Assembly (NCBI GenBank): GCA_964016885.1
Contig: OZ024743.1
Location: 325,934,001-325,998,000 of the forward strand
Source of the DNA: Eledone cirrhosa
Taxonomy: Eukaryota
DNA length: 64,000 nt
Direction of reading: 5' to 3'
How positions within the stretch are numbered: the stretch's first letter is position 1; each line of letters opens with the position of its first letter. The notes under the pieces were generated by a model that worked only from the letters and a program-made list of their open reading frames with translations, searched no databases and was not told the origin of the DNA. Positions 61,266 to 64,000 of this stretch are shown piece after piece. Made by a program: the position numbers and the translations under genes.

Positions 61266-61307
<42 letters not shown>

Positions 61308-61319
61308 AATATATATACG

Positions 61320-61831
61320 TATTGTTATACTTTGGGAGGGTCATGTTGCCAATAAGAAACACACGCACCAGTTGCTTTCACTCCAATTTATTATAAATTT
61401 AAAAATTTATAAATTTCCGGTTGGTTGGTTCCACAACCGGACGGTTGTTCATATATCGTCAAAGTTCCTTCGTCACACATTCTGTGACCGCTTCATTGAC
61501 TGGGGATTCTTCTCTATGTTTTGTGCCTCTCCTTTGTTCAGTCCTACGCCATCTTGTTTTTGTGAGAAGAATCCTCAGTCACTGAAGAGGTCACAGAATG
61601 TGTGATGAAAGAACTTTGAAAATATATGAACAACCGTCCGGTTGTGGAACCAACCAACCAACCGGAAATTTCTAAATTTCTAAATTTATAATTTAATTTA
61701 TAATAAATTGGAGTGAAACAACTGGTGCGTGTGTTTCTTATTGGCAACATGACCCTCCCAAAGTATAACAATATCGGTTTCAACACACGTTTTCAGATAA
61801 AGAATCTTGCTAAACAAATTCAGAAACGAAA
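61320..61831. mobile_element. Fold-back hammerhead element; arm end also seen at ~1412-1448
   Basis: 61320-61514 inverted to 61563-61772; ~58-nt tail. Confidence 0.85.
61578..61620 (+). ncRNA. Type I hammerhead ribozyme
   Basis: gtca CTGAAGA g gtcaca-gaatg-tgtgat GAAA gaac TT tgaa; the mirror arm supplies stem I partner tgac. Confidence 0.7.
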
Positions 61832-62074
61832 TATATATACACACATATATATAAATATAAATATATATCTATATAAATATAAATATAAATATAAATATAT
61901 ATCTATTTGCATATATATATACATATATATATACACACACACACTTATATATATATAAACAAATTCAGAAACGAAATATATATACACACATATATATAAA
62001 TATATATCTATATAAATATAAATATAAATATATATCTATTTGCATATATATATACATATATATATACACACACA

Positions 62075-62133
<59 letters not shown>

Positions 62134-62336
62134 AGTTATACTATTTATGGTTACGTAAATACAAAACCTTATGCAGTTATAAGTATTTTTTATATACACC
62201 CTAAATAGTGGTAGGCAGTAATGTATTACTACCTTATTACCAGTAAGTTAAGTAGCTCAATGTAAAAACATCAGATGATTTACAGAGCAGTTATATGAAA
62301 TATAAGAATCAAAGAACTGTTCAAAACATTATTATA

Positions 62337-62393
<57 letters not shown>

Positions 62394-62396
<3 letters not shown>

Positions 62397-62560
62397 AAAG
62401 GCTTCTACAGAACTAGAACTGTTTCATTCGTGAGAAATCATGAGGAAGCCCGAATGAAACAGTTCTAGTCTTGTAGAAGCCTTTTCTACATTAAATATTT
62501 ATACTCTGCTTTGTATTGAGTACCTTACTTACTGTGGTTACCCCCGATAGAACTCGGGAG
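62394..62560. mobile_element. Mini fold-back element with tail
   Basis: agaaaaggcttctacagaactagaactgtttcattcg / cgaatgaaacagttctagtcttgtagaagccttttct, then a ~70-nt tail containing GTATTGAGTAC. Confidence 0.65.
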
Positions 62561-62630
<70 letters not shown>

Positions 62631-62693
62631 AATGTCAAGACAAACACAGAGATGCAAATATACAAAGTTTTATTAGTATCAAGTTTTAGAAGG

Positions 62694-62740
<47 letters not shown>

Positions 62741-62745
62741 TACAT

Positions 62746-62803
<58 letters not shown>

Positions 62804-63962
62804 GTACTCACAAACATGTGTGTGCGTGTGTGTTTATTTGTATCCTAAACAAATTAGTAATCCTTTAATATCTTTAGAATCTTTAACAAACCTTAATAGC
62901 TTCATTTAATTTAGCAATTGAAGTATTTTGTTTGTTGTTTTTTTTGGGGGTGGAGGGGGGAGACTGGTTGATTGGTTGGCTGGTTGGTTATGTGGTGATT
63001 GTTGTTGCTGTTGTTGTGGTTGTTGTAGATGTTGGTGCAGCTGCTGCTGTTGCTGTTGCTGTTCCTTCGATCATTCGTTTCCGTTTCTTCCATTCTATAT
63101 TGTGTCAGTGTCGATAAAACAAGGAATTTTTTGTCGAATTATTGATACAGCATGGCCGACTGGTTAAGAAATTCGCTTCGCAATCATTAAGTCCTGCGTT
63201 CGATCTTACTTTGTGGTACTTTGGCCAAGTATCATTTACCATTGCCTCAGGTAGACCAAAACGTAAACTGTTCAGAACCCCGTTGGATGGATTATAGATG
63301 CAATTGAAGGGCCCAGCTTTGTCAAACACTATCATGTTGAACCTCCATAGGAATTACGTTATAAATTACGTTTCTGTGGAATGCTCAGCCAGCCACACAT
63401 TTATTTCATAAGCAGGCTGTTCCGTTAATGAAACAACTAGAACACTCATCGTCGAAAGTGAAGGAGGTCCATCCATTCCATCCCATATCCGAAGAAAAGA
63501 CTGGAATGCCATTGATGATGGCTACTAACATGTTGCTAAGACAACAGCACCAATAACAACAGCTGGTCAAATAGTTGGCCATGTATATCTCATCACCTTT
63601 ACCGACGCGATGCTAGCTTTATAGTAAAGACATATAAATCTCAACGGCTATTCTACCTGGCTGTAAATAGGTTTCACACGGTGATAGAATATAATGTTGT
63701 AAGCAGTAAGCTAAACCTCGACCACATCAATATGTGTGTGTTTAAGTACAATAAAAAGTTTTGCTGGGACCAATAAGTTCTGCTTCTCACCCAACAGCTG
63801 TTGTTTACAATTTAAAGGCTAGTCAGATTCCAGTGTGTCAGCTTGTATTGAGACATTTCTCGTAGTCATAAATAGAGAGTGGATTAGTTTGAAAAGACCC
63901 CCCCTGTACGTACGGAAGGCGGTTCTCCTGCGATTAGTCGACTTAATAAACATGACACACAC

Positions 63963-63993
<31 letters not shown>

Positions 63994-64000
63994 AATATAT

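Overview
AT-rich, microsatellite-saturated eukaryotic DNA. The SINE and microsatellite landscape suggests an octopus or other coleoid cephalopod (inference). Only one credible host coding segment is present: a ~1.9 kb low-complexity exon at 46987-48925 (+) ending in a GTAAGT donor, with possible downstream microexons. The rest is repeats: tRNA-derived SINEs, two copies of an internally deleted mariner with ~101-bp TIRs, a mariner MITE, an RTE LINE 3' end, Helitron ends and a 42-bp minisatellite. The main unexplained structure is a dense population of short non-coding fold-back elements from about ten sequence-unrelated families. They sit in (TA)n microsatellites and most carry a type I hammerhead ribozyme (about 20 motifs read by eye). 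They share one asymmetric architecture: inverted arms, a 35-80 nt one-sided tail, and often a partial tandem unit. This resembles Penelope-like pLTR remnants or retrozymes that target TA repeats. All coordinates and folds were read manually and are approximate to a few bases.
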